From the NCBI GenBank assembly GCA_012026655.1, contig JAAILG010000682.1:1-64000 (forward strand): DNA of 64,000 nt, given 5' to 3'. The stretch is from Hydrolagus affinis. Taxonomy: Eukaryota. This document shows, piece by piece, positions 14,960 to 28,360 of the stretch. The position numbers were made by a program, and so were the translations under genes. The notes under the pieces were generated by a model. The model searched no databases, was not told the DNA's origin, and worked only from the letters and a program-made list of their open reading frames with translations. The first letter of the stretch is position 1, and each line of letters begins with the position of its first letter.

Positions 14960-17112
14960 ACCCATCCCTGTGCACCCTTGATTACTTTCAACAGTATTCC
15001 CTAATTGCCTCAGAATTCAGATTATTGAAGCCTGCTGCACAGTTTGTTTCATCTTTCAAGAATACCACTCGAATTATGAAGCAATAAAGAGCCAGGTGGA
15101 ACTCGTCTGCGCATTCGAGCATGACAAACAGACAAGATTCCTCGATTGTAATGACTTGGAAGAGCTCTCCTTTGAAAAGCTCACATCGATGGCCTATGCA
15201 ACACGATGCTCTTTGTCACCAGAATAACCTTTAAAGATCTGCACTTTTTAAAAAATAAAATCTACGTCGTAATAAAAGAAATGATGGGGTCAAACTTATG
15301 ACTCATTATCATTATAGGTATTCTCTATATACTTGCAGATAGAGCTCAAAAGAAGAATATAATTAAAAGTTTGTGGTCGTCAGGCTCTTTTGAAAAGAAT
15401 GTTTCATACCTTTGACTACATTTGCATTTCACTAACACAAAACAGATTTTTCTTTTGTTGCAAAAATCTTGCCCTGACCTGCGCTGCACTAAATTTAACA
15501 TCTGTGTGAAGCCGCAACTGGTGCCTTCGCCATAGGGTTGGGGTGACAAATGCAGATTCCCTGCCGATAATTACAGGCTTTGGGGCCATGTAACAAATGG
15601 GTGGCATAACCAGAACCTGACCTAACTGCTATGACACAAAAAATATACAGTCTGATCCCATTATGGCGGCTTGCAAATAATAGCTCTCATTTTGTTGCAC
15701 TCCCAAATATGTAGTGTATTATGAGTTTGCAGGCAGTCCCAACGGATGCACTTAAGAACTTTTAAGGCGTCGGTTGCACATCCAATTGCTCCCCCCCGCC
15801 GCCCACCACCCATTTAAAACACTGCACAAATTTGTCTTTGCACGCGGCTTCACTCTTACTGTTCTCACCACTATCAGCTTGGCTATACAAACTCTCCCCA
15901 GAGCAGAGAACACAAGCAAAGTCAGAAACTATGTGATAGTGTTGGGGGTGATTTAACAAAAAAAAGCCATGATTCAATATTGTTCTCTTCTGTGCGTACT
16001 TGTGCAAGATGGACCAATTGCTGAACATCTGCAAATAATTAACTGTACAGTATCCACTGATTGTCCTACAATTAGGAGCAGATGTTCCTTGTTGATCTTG
16101 GGCTCGGAATATTGTTATTGGGAATTCTATACAAATATAAATTGAAATCCTAGGAGGGATGGAGGATTTTTCACTTCTTAGGAGGCTGTTAAGTACAAAC
16201 TGGAAAAGTTTGGCTCATTCATAGTGATGTTTTTGTTTCTTCTCTTTCCCGCTCCTTTCCCCCCATGGTAATGCATCATTCCCAGCCTTTCCCTGGCTCC
16301 CTGCCAGTGACAGTTCTGTAGCTCGGCTCCACGATATCATCAGATTACAAGAGAGGTCCAAAGTTTGAATGAAGAAGGCCCTTTATCCCATTTGATCTCG
16401 TCCTTCCAAAATACCCACATTACCATTTTTCCATTATACAGTATGTTCAAGAATGATTATGGTCCTGTAACCCTCCCGACTGTTTCTTCCCTCCAGGGCT
16501 CCATTAAAGATTGCCTCAGCCTAGCTAGGTCAAAAAAATCCTCTGTGCATAAACGGATGGGTTTGAATCCAGGTTTTCCTGTTCTGTGATGCACTGTTGC
16601 TACAACAATACATTTCATAACTTTTTTTTAATTATGTACTGAACTATAGAATGAGTAATCACAGTGGTTCAATAAACAGTAGCCACTGCTCAATGTCAGT
16701 GCTCTATTCTCTGTTGAATCTTCTGGGGGAAAAGTTGGGCTTTTTAAACCCATTTCCTATATTTGCCAGGTCTAATAACCAGTTACATCCCATTCAATGC
16801 TCTTGTGAAGTACAGTACATAGATCTCTGTTAAATCCTTATTCTGATGAGTTAACTCCAAAGCCATGGTATAAATAACCTGTTGTACAACTTAACATGCT
16901 GTCAAGAGTTAGACATTTCCGCTTTGGTGATTTTGCATGAACATTTGCCAGGATAAGCTGTTTCTTTTCATACTTTTACTCTCGGAAGGAATATCTGTTG
17001 AAAAATTGAACAAGTGAAAATTCAGACACTGATCACTAACTAATCATTACCTTGTGAGGAGAGAGAACATTTCCATTGACAGCAGCGTCCTATCAACTGG
17101 TAGAAAGGATTC

Positions 17113-18263
17113 CATAAGAACATAGGAATTAGGAGCCGGAGTGGGCCATTCGGCCCCTCGAGCCTGCCCCGCCATTTGATAAGATCATGGCTAATCTTCT
17201 AACCTAACTCTAATTACCTGCCCTATCCCCATATCCCCTAATCCCTCTATTTTTTAAAAAAAAACTATCAGTCTCAGCCTTGAATATGTTCAAGGACTGA
17301 GCATCTGCAGCCTTCTGGGGGTAGTGAATTCCATAAATTCACTACCCTCTGAGTGAAGAAATGTTTCCTCAACTCTGCTCTAAAAGGCTGACCCTTAATT
17401 TTAAGATTATGACCCCTGGTAATAGATTTTCCTACCAGGGGAAACAGTCCCTCACTGTCTACTTCATCCAGCCTTTTAAAAATCTTATATGTTTCAATAA
17501 GATCTCCCCTAATTCTTCTGTACTCTAGAGAATACAGCCCTAGTTTATTCAATCTATCCTCATAGGTCAGCCCCCTCATCCCAGGAACCAACCTCGTGAA
17601 TCTATGCTGCACCCCCTCTAAGGCAAGTATATCCTTTATTAAATAAGGAGACCAAAACTGCACACAATACTCTAGGTGCGGTCTTACCAAGGCCCGATAC
17701 AGTTGAAGTAAGACTTCCCTACTCTTGTACTGTAAACCTTTTGCAATGAACGCTAACATGCCATTTGCCCTCTTAGTTGCTTGCTGCAACTGCAAACTAA
17801 CTTTTTGAGACTGGTGTACAAGGACACCCAAATCCCTTTGTACACTAACACTATCTAACCTCTCCCCGTCTAGAAAATAATTTTTTATTTTTTGCTATCT
17901 AGGTGAATAATTTCACACTTCCCCACATTAAATTCCATCTGCCACCTACTCGCCCACTCCCTTAGCCTATCTATATCCCGTTGCAATCTTTTTGCATCAT
18001 CCTCACAGCTGACTTTCCTACCTAGTTTAGTGTCATCCGCGAATTTAGACACTTTACATTCAATGTCCTCGTCTATATCATTGATGTAAATTGTAAATAG
18101 CTGAGGCCCAAGCACTGATCCTTGTGGCACTCCACTAATTACATCCTGCCAATTCGAGAATGACCCGTTTATCCCTACTCTCTGTTTTCTACCCATTAGC
18201 CACTCTTCTATCCATGATAATATGTTCCCATTAATCCTGTGGGCCTTGACTTTGTGCAATAGC
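17113..18263 (-). mobile_element. 5'-truncated CR1-clade LINE (RT C-terminal part and 3' UTR), frameshifted
   Basis: Minus ORFs 17885-18265 (SGVPQGSVLGPQLFTIYIND, KFADDTKL) and 17274-17831 (LVRPHLEYCVQFWSP, RGDLIETYKI, FFTQRVVNLWNSLP). Short-repeat tail CATAAGAACATAGGAA at 17113. Confidence 0.95.
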
Positions 18264-20069
18264 AATGCAATTGCATAGGGTGATCACTGTTTTCCTCGAA
18301 TCTTTTCAGCAGTGGAGACATGTTGTTATGAAATAAAACTCACAGATACTGGTGCTGCGCTGCCAAGTTTCTAAGGGAATCAATCTGATGTGGGCATGTT
18401 GGTAATGACATGTAGGAGGAGCTCACTGCCTCAGCACTGCGTCCTCACAATGTAAACGCAAGCCTGGGCTTTGATCTCATGTCCCCAGGCAGCAAAGGTT
18501 GTCAGTGGGATATCACAACATTGACAACCTGCCCTCACACCTGTGCACCTAGAATTTTAAAGATTTGAGCTCTGCAGCAGTGCAGTCAGCGTAGATGTCA
18601 GACATAATGCCTCATTGGAAGAGCAGTGAAATTTAGCTTGGAGATAACACTGAGCTTCTCATGATGGTTGTAGCAACATATCAATCATTGAGATTTAAAT
18701 CCGAGTTAAGAGTTCACCTATTCTTAGGAGCGTCCTGAAACACAAGCGGTGGTCTTTTCAGATCATTTTCAATGTTTCACTACATTGTGGTTTCATAGTG
18801 CTCCTCATGTTTGTTTTAATACCACTGTTTAGACACTTGAGATTCATTACATGTCAGACCAAGCACATTTAGTGTGGACAGTTTACTTCTTTAACAAAAA
18901 TACAGTGAAGCTGGTCGACTAAAGGGATTGACCTAGGTGGTCTTTCAGACAGCGCTCCCCCAATGTAGTTCCTGGACTGAACCATTAATAATTTCTTGGC
19001 ATTGTCGTCGTATATACGTTTTGTTGTAAGATGAATTTCACTGCACCACCATGACCAGAAATGGCTCGCACAATATTTTCTTAATCTCACATCTTGTAAA
19101 AAAAATATACAACACCCTTGAGTTGGAACAAATGATACAGCCCCCAAAAATGCTGTGAAAATCCCAAGTTGTTTGTTTGGCAAGTAATCACATTGCCACC
19201 AGGTCTCGGGTCACAGGATATACTACTTCTCATCACACCTACCTCCCTGAAAATGCAGTCCTGTGGATTTCAGTTCTACAGGCACCATACCACATTTCTT
19301 CCCATATCGTGCCCAAGTAACTATTCTTTCTGTGTTAAGTTTTGTTGGTGATAATCAGGTGGCAGATCCATTGCTGAATTTGTCCACGCTTTCCTGTTCA
19401 TGGGTCGCTGAGGTGAAATATAAGACTTCTTCTATACAATAATAGTAATACTGTATTCATAATAATTATTAATAGTAATGGCATAAGTCAGCACATTCTA
19501 GAACCTGAGTCTTTTTGAGTCTATTTCAGGCCAGTCCGTATCTTTAACAACTGATTTGTCAATTCTTTTGTAAAACCATAAATTAATCCAAGCCAATACT
19601 GTATTATATTCTACACAATACCTCCAGAGCACCTGTGTGTGCAAGAGTTTTATTTATTATTTAGTAGGCAAATAACTTGGTTATTGATATGCCAAAGCCA
19701 TAGAATGTTAAATATTCAAAGGTAGTCAAAACCGTTAGTGATATAGATAGTCAAATTGTATTAATGAATGGAAATCACTGGCTCCGGAAATCAATTTTTT
19801 GAATTTGCATGATTCAAAAGACTGATACCTCTTCCTCTTCCTTTATTAAAATACTGGGTTCAATTAAGCAATGTGTGTTTGGAATTTATTTTGGGACGGG
19901 GCAGGGAAACCAATTTTGTGGGTTCTCATGCAAAGCAGTTTGTAAACTCATGTGCAAATCAATAGAACCCTGTTGAAGCATTTTTAATGATTGTTTCATG
20001 TCATCCGCCCAACCCGCCCCACCCTTGGTGAATGAGCTTCCCACATTCATCAAGGGTGGCGCAGGTTGC

Positions 20070-20312
20070 GTGGGTGATCCACCCTCTCGACTTCCATCAT
20101 GGAATCCCTCTGCCTCGCTCACTCCCTCCTCACTTTTAGAGTCCTATTTTAAGAGTTTGGTCTCCAGACATGCCAGTAATCCCATTCCCTCCCTCCCCAC
20201 ACCTTACTCAGGGTCTCTGACCCTAGCTTGGGCTCCCAGTTGACCCTGTGAAGCACTTTGAGATGTGTCTGTCCCCCCACCTAACGTGAAAGGTGCTGTA
20301 GAAATGTAAAAT
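20070..20312 (+). mobile_element. Degenerate L2 3' end remnant
   Basis: Tail tgtgaagcactttgagatg...cgtgaaaggtgctgtagaaatgtaa, preceded by weak WN-LP-like sequence. Confidence 0.55.
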
Positions 20313-21129
20313 TCTTATTGATTGGATTGTTGGTGAATTGATCCTGAATAGAAATGTTCACACAGTAGGAATTTTAATTTTAGTGTCCAGATATTCAGAG
20401 ATTAAAGTCAGTAAACCTATCATCACATCACATGAAGGATGGTATGCTTGGGTCATCTAATAAACTCTTCAAGGTGGCAGATAAAGTTGTTTCAATCAGC
20501 ACTGTATAAATGAAAGGATTATCATACATTTAGAATTTTGCTGCTGGTGATATTGGACAGGTTCCAGTTCCTAGGGTGTTAATTTAACGCAGAGGTATGC
20601 AAAACCTGCCCAAGCTAAAATCATCCTTGTACAACTTGCTTTCCCCTTCGGCAAAAAAGAATCACTTTTTGAAACACTTCCATATATCAGGCAAGAAACA
20701 ATAATCTTAACATAGTTTAAAAAAAAGTAACCGGTCTTCTGGTACATAATACTCGGAACCCGAAAGTAAAATTGCTCAACAGTACTTTTCTGAAGAATGG
20801 TTCTTTTCTCCTTTTTTTTTAACAATGTCATTCAAGTCGTAACTGATCTGGTTAGGACACATTTGAATGAAAGTGATCATTCCCTGTATAGGACAGATAT
20901 AAAGATTCATTTCCTTTCCTTTAGATTATCAACAGCTCGACTGATTTAATAGGAAGTGTTTCAGAGACTAGGACCCTTGCCTTTTTTGAGAAAAGAATAC
21001 TGGAATGGGAAGTGAAGATGAAGGTATGGTAGGAACCTGGAAGCATGAGATCAAATGGGCCAAAGGACATTCTTCAACCCTTCATTCCTCTCATTCCTCT
21101 CACTTATAACTACTACTTATAACTACGCC

Positions 21130-21200
21130 CCCTGTGCAGCGCCTTGGGACGTCCTCCCGACGTGAAAGGCGCTCTATAAATGTAATTTGTTGTTGTTGTT
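21130..21200 (+). mobile_element. L2-tail family copy with (TTG)n end
   Basis: tgtgcagcgccttgggacgtcctcccgacgtgaaaggcgctctataaatgtaatttgttgttgttgtt. Related copies near 25695(-), 27705(+), 28370(-), 31670(-), 57560(+), 58600(-), 59925(-), 61840(-), 62890(-). Confidence 0.75.
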
Positions 21201-22257
21201 ACTAGGAACCAGCGATCCCCAGCATTGATTAGTGGCATAGTCTCTCTCTGTTGGCTCTAGGAGTTTCAGAGTGAAATAAGTTGGACTATTCTTCTTGGGC
21301 AAACTCGTGAAAGCTCCCCTAAATTCAACATTTATTGGCAATATCTACTCTGAGCTTCACCAAAGAATACTGATGTGAGAAAATGAAATATTTCAGGAGC
21401 TTGTTGATAGTAGGAGGGGAAATGTGTTCTTTCTCAATTGCTCCCTCTCCACTCCAGTTTTTTTTTACTGAAAGTTGGACATAAATTCCATTTTATGTTG
21501 CTGGCAGAGCACCAGTATCTGATCAGAAGTACATCCTGTGCATTAACCTTGCCATCTGTGTTATGCCATGTGTTTCTTCTCTGTATACCTAATGGAATAT
21601 ATCGTTATAAACTTTTAAGCCTAGTTGTCTTATAAGAAAATTATTTCAAGCTTTGTTTTTAATTGGGTCAGTTACGTGTGCTGATTAAAATTGCAGGACA
21701 TGTCAGATTGTTTCATCTCAAGTTTCTTGGAAGAAAATGAAAAATTGGTTGAATAATCTATACCTATACAATATATATGTATAAACGTATAAAACACATG
21801 AGGGAAATGCCTTGTGTCACAGCTGTTTGGAATTATATCAGACCTTTTCGGTGCAGTGACTGCAGAGTAGTGCAGGCTCTTCAAAAGAATCAAACAGATG
21901 AGGCTGCAGAAACAAACTAGCAAAGAATTATTTCTAAATTATTCACAGGCATTGCAACGAGGGTTACTAATGCCTTGACTCATTAGTTTCTTTGGGTCAA
22001 TTTTTGGAAGTCAGGGAATGGTGTGTGACAATTTTGACTCTGATTTTCCAGGCGCACAACATTTACGTTACGTCTACATTACTCTACCTGAGCATCTATA
22101 CAGTAATTAACAGCTGATTTTCAGTTGGGATGTCTTAACCAAATGCCGGTGAAGTTCACTGACTGGTCGCAGAAAAGCATTCCTTGGTACTGTATGGTAT
22201 TTGGTGTAATAGAAGGAGCAGGTTATTTTGTCTAGGGAGAATCTCTGATTTGCTGTA

Positions 22258-22330
22258 CACTTAGTCCTTGCTTAACGTCACAGTTGCGTTCACGAAAAAT
22301 GCGACTTTAAGCGAAACAACATTGTGTATT
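22258..22330 (+). mobile_element. Left-end fragment of a Tigger/pogo-like MITE
   Basis: ta|cacttagtccttgcttaacgtcacagttgcg...gcgactttaagcga matches the left end of the 48997 element. Confidence 0.65.
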
Positions 22331-22694
22331 TAACAGTAAAGTGTCGGGAGGGGTTCTAAATATAAGGCTCCAATGTGTTCTCAATATCCAATGTTTCCCA
22401 TTAATATTAAAGATGGTTAAAGTATTGAGCTTGATGCTTCACAGCAGCTATTCAGATCACATGATTATGGATTCCATACTTTCATTGTCCCAATATATGA
22501 TATGGGGTTTGTCTTAGGCTTTCGTTTACCTTTCTATAATTGTGGTCGCTGTACATCATGCATTGTGAGAATGGATGTGCTCACTTAGATATTTTATCTG
22601 TCTGTCTGTCCATTTAGAGAGATATATTTAAGATGTATTTAAACATTTACAAAGAGGTAGCTTGAGAGTTTGAGGCATGTGTGAGTTACTGTGT

Positions 22695-22803
22695 TTCGCT
22701 ACAAAATACACAGCCAAAGCACTTTACAATATATTCTGCAAAGAGTTAGAGACTTTACATTGACGTGATAAGGTGCTTTGTCAAATGCAAGCATTATCAT
22801 TAT
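22695..22803 (+). mobile_element. DeuSINE-like 3' tail fragment
   Basis: cactttacaatatattctg...aaggtgctttgtcaaatgcaagcattatcattat. Confidence 0.65.
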
Positions 22804-22807
22804 ATAT

Positions 22808-22840
22808 TTGTGTGTGTGTGTGTGTGCATGTGTGTGTGTG
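22808..22840. repeat. (TG)n microsatellite, interrupted
   Basis: Read directly. Confidence 0.9.
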
Positions 22841-24825
22841 CTAAACTAATACATGCTGTAACATTTCATCTTTTTTGAAGCATTTATGGACCGAGACCAG
22901 TAGCAGTGCGAACAGATCATTGAATAAGTATTGTCCTTTATTTCAATAACCTGGGCACTCAGGCTTGACCCAGCTGCCTTCTGAATCTGGGAGTTAAACG
23001 CCTTCTTTTTTTTAAAAAAAAGATCAGCAAAGCTTAAAAGATCAGAGGTAATCCCAGGCAGACTAGCCAGGTCTTGGAGATATGGATCTCTGCTTCCCTC
23101 ACTTACGACTCGTCAATGTGCTATATCATATATGCAAGTGATTCTTCTTTTATTATTCAAGAGTAATGGCTTGCAATGACTAGTGTAGGCCTTTATAGTT
23201 ATTGCTTATTTCTGGACAGAATTGTCATCAAGATTGTTTTGGTAAATCAAAGTTACCAGTCAATTCGTGTCCAACCTCAGTTTATTATTTGCAAACAAAT
23301 GGTGTCAAACTAGTTATTGGGTGGTGAAGTGGAACCAAAGCAATGGTTTAAACAATGAAGATGTATATGCCTTTTAACTGACTGCGCTGTGTGGTCCTAA
23401 TGCAAACTGATCACCACCTACTATCCTTGTTAAGCTTTTTCTATTATCTTCAACAAGTATTTGCATTGGAGGGCAGAATGCCTAAATTCTGCCAAGCCCC
23501 ATTAATTCCATTGGTTTAAATCTTCCCATTTTTCTTTCCCCCTCCTTCCAGAAAAGGTATTTGTTCTTGTACCAGCAGTGACCCAGAAAGACTTTGTTCT
23601 ATTAATGTCTGGGTGGGCACTTGCCTGCCTGGGTTATTTAGATGTAAGTACACAGGACAGAAGCTTTTCTGGGGAAAGTACTTGTGCCTGAGACAGCTGG
23701 ACAACCAGAACTCATCTTGGACAGCTGGACTATCATGGGGTCCTTGTGGGAAAACAAGCTGAAAGACTTCACTGAGCGCAGTCAGAATTTTCAAGCTTAA
23801 TCTGGTTGTCATAAGTAGGGCTGTATAACTCTTTATACAGCTTTTAAAAATACCTAAAGAGAGATTTTTTTTAACAGATGATTTACTGAATCACCTAACC
23901 CAAATTATTTTGAATTGCTATTAATGCTATCCAATTAATCTGGGATCCAGATCTGATTCAATATCTAAGTGAGGGGATTTCTCTTTGATAGAATGCACAA
24001 GTACATTCAAGTACTGTATGTACTTCTAATGCCCTTTCACTAGGGCATGTTAAAAATGTATCTTTAGGATAAAATGCAATAGCTTGGATTGAAAATGCAC
24101 GAGTGCTGCCACTGAGCCAGGCCGACAAATAAGAACGGCTTTATGTGCGTGCCAGGCTTGCCAGTTACCAACACACCAGTCACTCTTTTGGGAAATGGAA
24201 ATCCTGCTAATTGATGGAACTGCAAAATTACCAGCCAGATATCATTGTGTGCCTCTGCTTTGAGTGAATTCCAGTTTTGCATTGAACACTGCACACAATG
24301 CATATTATTTTTGATTCATCAGGGAGTGGTGTGTATTTAAACATTTCGCCAGGTCAGTGTAGACCGAGTTTCATCTCTTTACGGAAACTAGCTTGAATCT
24401 ACAGGAATACATTGCACACCGAAACCGAATGTGTCAGCAAAGTCAACACGGGAATTTGCTTCCATGATTCTATCGAGTGATTTTTTTTTGCACGGCACGG
24501 AATCAATATCGAAATATCGCTACTATTTCAGCTTCACACAATAAACACAAAAACAACTTAAAAAACAGATCACCAGTGCAGCTTTTGAACTCTTTAAAAA
24601 GCAAACCTCAATGGTGCCAAATAAATTGTTGCAATGGTTTCCGTTTTGAATGATAAAGACGAGCCAATCACCCGATTTAATTAGACAATATTGCTCAGAA
24701 GAGAGAAAAAAAATTGCGCAAGCTTCGTGACTCAGTGTTGACTCAATTTAAGGTAGACCACAGCTTTATAGCTGGGAGGTGTGCCTCGTCTTCTGTTCAA
24801 AGAACAAGGCAGGAGTGAGTGTATA

Positions 24826-25002
24826 ATAATAGTAATTGTAATCCTTGCATTTGATGTGCTTTTCATGTCTTCTAGACGTCTCAATGCACTTCACAGAATA
24901 TATTGTAAAGTGAATTAATTGACTTGGTATATTTATGGGGGAAACGCAGTAGTCAATTGGGTGCAGCAGTGTCCCACAAACAATCGTGGACTGAAGTGAC
25001 CC
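24826..25002 (-). mobile_element. DeuSINE-like SINE 3' part
   Basis: aatccttgcatttgat...tcatgtcttctagacgtctcaa...cagcagtgtcccacaaaca. Confidence 0.8.
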
Positions 25003-26528
25003 ATTTTTATTATTCTACAGTATTTAAGTTTTAAATTTCTAATTTAGGCTGTTAAAGAAGATGAATAGCAAAGAAATAGCTGCTATTAAATATCCCCAAT
25101 ACCCCGCTATTGAAAGTGGAATAGTTGCTTAACGTATTTATCCCATCAGTATTTGATACAGTACTGTATTTAATTATACTGGCACACCTTGCTAAAAAAA
25201 TTTAAATAACATGAGTCAAGCTTGTCAGGCTATGAAGTTCAGAGGCCTTTCGTCTTGGTTAAAACAATTTTGTTTGGTACAATATGTTACAGTTTGTACA
25301 ATGCCCCATTTATAGCGAGTTGTGAATACTCAAGTGCTTCACAGTTATGGTGCAATCCAGTTTCTGATGGGCAGTGCCACCATTGTGCGTTGGGAAGAAT
25401 TTGGGCCAATTTCTGCCAGGCAGCTGTATTCTTTGATGGTTTTTAATGTGCAGTCACTTATCATCTCAACCACAAACTGGAAAAAAAACAATTACTAAAC
25501 CTCCTTGCAATTTGCGTATAAAGGCCACTTAGATCAACCAGTTTTGCATTAAGATATAAGATTGGGGAAAGTAGGTGAATGCATTTTATAGGGCTATCCT
25601 GTGTTATGCACTGTATAGTTGAGACCATTTGAAGCAAATTGGTTAGAATGGGTATGGATTAGTTTAGAAATATATCTTTGTTTTTTTATGTGTACAACAA
25701 AAACAACGATGATTTGCATTGTTCTAGCACACTCTACACCGGGCGGCGTCTCAGAGCGCTTCCCTTCATCTGATGTAATACAGCTGTTAAAGCAGACTAT
25801 TGGAATGTTGAATGATAAAATGCTTCATACTGTAAATTTGTTTAATCTTAACAGCTTCCCTTTGCACTTGGGGTATGTTTGTTTTTTTGGGAACGGCTAG
25901 TGCTGGAGTGTTTGATGTGCTGTGGTAGGTTTGACCTCGGCGTGCCTTTGTACTGTACCAAGGAAAACTCTCCTTGTGCTCTGAAGGATGACCAACAGCA
26001 TCTTTTTAGACTATGTAGTTATGGCATATTTGGTATCATAAATCTTAGTCAAAGAGAGTTACGGCTTTAAAACTAGACCGAGACAAAGCTGAACGTAGAT
26101 TAATCTGTGTTTTTGTATCATTAGAAACTTTTTTATTACAGTGTATAAAAACCCGATGATGAGAGAGGTGGGCAGGTATGCGTAACACATTACAATATCC
26201 ATTACTTTTCATTATACAGCAACATGCTGCTTTAATAATGCCTTTTGAATCCTCTGCCTGATTTTTGGGGGGAGGTGAGGTGGGAAGAGGAAAAGATGTG
26301 CACCAGGTGATGATAAAGTGATGAAACGTAGAGCGATGCATCTATTAAACCTAACCCGCCAAAACTGATGCACCATAAATATTTGGAATTCCTTCCTCCT
26401 ATCTGCTAGTTATTTATGTTAACACTTCATTTCTCTTAAAAGCTTAAGTCATTCCAGAGCCACGCTTCAAAAATGTTGCAAAGAGTTTCTAGTTTAAATA
26501 ACACTATTTTGCTCCATTTATTTTACAG

Positions 26529-26684
26529 CTTGTAAAGTCGGATACTACAAGTCCTTAACGACAGATAAAAGCTGTTCCAAGTGTCCCCCACACAGCTTCT
26601 CTACCCAGGAATCCTCTACGCATTGCATCTGTGAGAGGGGCTTTTTCAGAGCAGACACCGACCCCCTATCAATGCCTTGTACAC
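26529..26684 (+). CDS. EPHA4: EphA4 exon 4 (156 bp): EGF-like Cys-rich region
   Basis: ttttacag|CT TGT AAA...ACA C|gtgagt. Translates [52 protein letters not shown]. This frame is absent from the ORF track. Confidence 0.97.
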
Positions 26685-28034
26685 GTGAGTACAATACTTT
26701 CATTGGGATCTCCCCATTTTCACTTCTTCTTCCTGCTGTTTCCCACCCCCCCACTTCTTCAACCAGGTGCATGGGATGACTGTTCTAGGATAGGAAGTTT
26801 TCCAGTCACATTCCATTGGTTAACTGGCTCTTGGGAGGCCTTATTTCCCCCCCAGAGATGAAACTTTTAGCTCCAAGGAGATGCAGGGACACAATCAATA
26901 AGGGAAATCAACAGAACAACAGTCGAGGCTGTGATTTTAACCTTGGCCCTTGGAGCCGGAGGTCAAAACTCTATTGCAAGATGTCAGTTGTGTAATAGTT
27001 AAGTCTGTAGGACATGGAAATTGTCTCAATGCATAGCAGGCCAGAATATAATGATTGCCTCACTGTCTTGGACAATCCAAATTAGCATTTGAACCTATTT
27101 TCCTCTACTATGACCCTGACTACTGCTAGTGCCAGTGTTATCTAAATAATCTGTTAAAGCTGTTAGGAGAATGATGGGAGATCAAACCATGAAAGTAATA
27201 TTTTATAACTCACTGAAGCAGAGTCAGGAAGTCGAGAAATATTCTCGGCTTGCGATGCAACTGATTATTCCTTTAGTCTCAGTGGATGACCATCCAATCT
27301 CAAAATAAATGGCAATTTGTGCATTTGTTGCAGTTTAAACATCAGGGCTTTGAAATGTATATATATACCTTTGATTCCCCACCAAAATGGAAAATATCAA
27401 TATTGTTGATGTAGGTGTAAGAGGATAGACTTTGTGGCAGTTGAATGACTGGTTTGAAATGATATGCCGACGCTTGATAACTGAGTCTTAATAACTGAGG
27501 AGTAATGGTGTGTGTGTGAGAACGGAGGCAATGTTCTGTGTTTAATCATGCATTCAAATGTAGCTCAAGAAATGTTAATCAGATCAAAATTAACTGCATA
27601 GCTTTAGCAGCATCTAAACCACTCATTTCCCCCAATACAATGATCCCCAAACATACTTTTTGGATTAATGTGCTTTTTTTTCTCTTACATTTCGTGCGAT
27701 TCAGACCTTGTGATGTCCTTCCAACGTGGAAGGCACTGTATAAATGGAATTTGTTGTTGTTGTTGGGGTGGTCCCTTTTTAAGTATCCCAACAGATTTTT
27801 GCAGAGGGTTTTTACTAACAGCTAGAATGGTTCTGACCACTACACCAAAGCTCTTGGTCATACTGGGTGCTCATGAAGATATAGTAATGCCAAAGGTGGA
27901 GCAGAGAGACAGATAGAGATCGTCTCCAGTAACTAGGAACGCTAAACCAACTTTTAATGGTGAAATTCCACCCCTCCACTACCCTAACTGCTCCAATTTT
28001 CTCTCCTTCTCCCTGAAGTTGCTAACTCATAATA

Positions 28035-28360
28035 GGGTACAGTTCCACAGATCCCAGCCACCCTCTAGTATCTTAACCAAGTAGTCGTTTTTCATGTGCG
28101 AGCGCAGTGAATGTATGACTGGAATCCGTTCCTCTGTGGGCAACATCGTCCTTGGTCATTATCCCCGCACGTGATCAGGAGAGGAAACTCGGGTCAGCTT
28201 TTCCTTTCCTAACCCTAGATAACTAATTGGGAGCGCAAAATGAGAAGACACTTTGCACACAAGGTCACAGCTGAAATCCGTTCACTCAGCCCGGAAACCA
28301 GGAAACTCACAAGGCAGGAATCAAACCTGTGACCTCTTGATCACTATGACTTAGTGCGAC
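28035..28360 (-). mobile_element. AmnSINE2-like tRNA SINE
   Basis: Reverse-complement similarity to 29270-29465 (gatcaggagaggaaac, cagctgaaatc, ggaatcaaacctg = B-box). Family name from memory. Confidence 0.55.

Noticed and set aside
3620-16833. Numerous 60-108 aa ORFs in intron 3
   Set aside because: Lengths expected by chance, many start at non-ATG codons, and none shows domain motifs apart from the L2 remnant near 10 kb.
17274-18265. Reverse transcriptase ORFs as a host gene or retron-like system
   Set aside because: Ordinary 5'-truncated, frameshifted CR1 LINE with its 3' UTR and tail.
20068-20076. Krox20/Egr2 site GCGTGGGTG (EphA4 is a Krox20 target)
   Set aside because: Single site inside a hairpin arm next to a repeat. 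The characterised rhombomere enhancer is, from memory, upstream of the gene.
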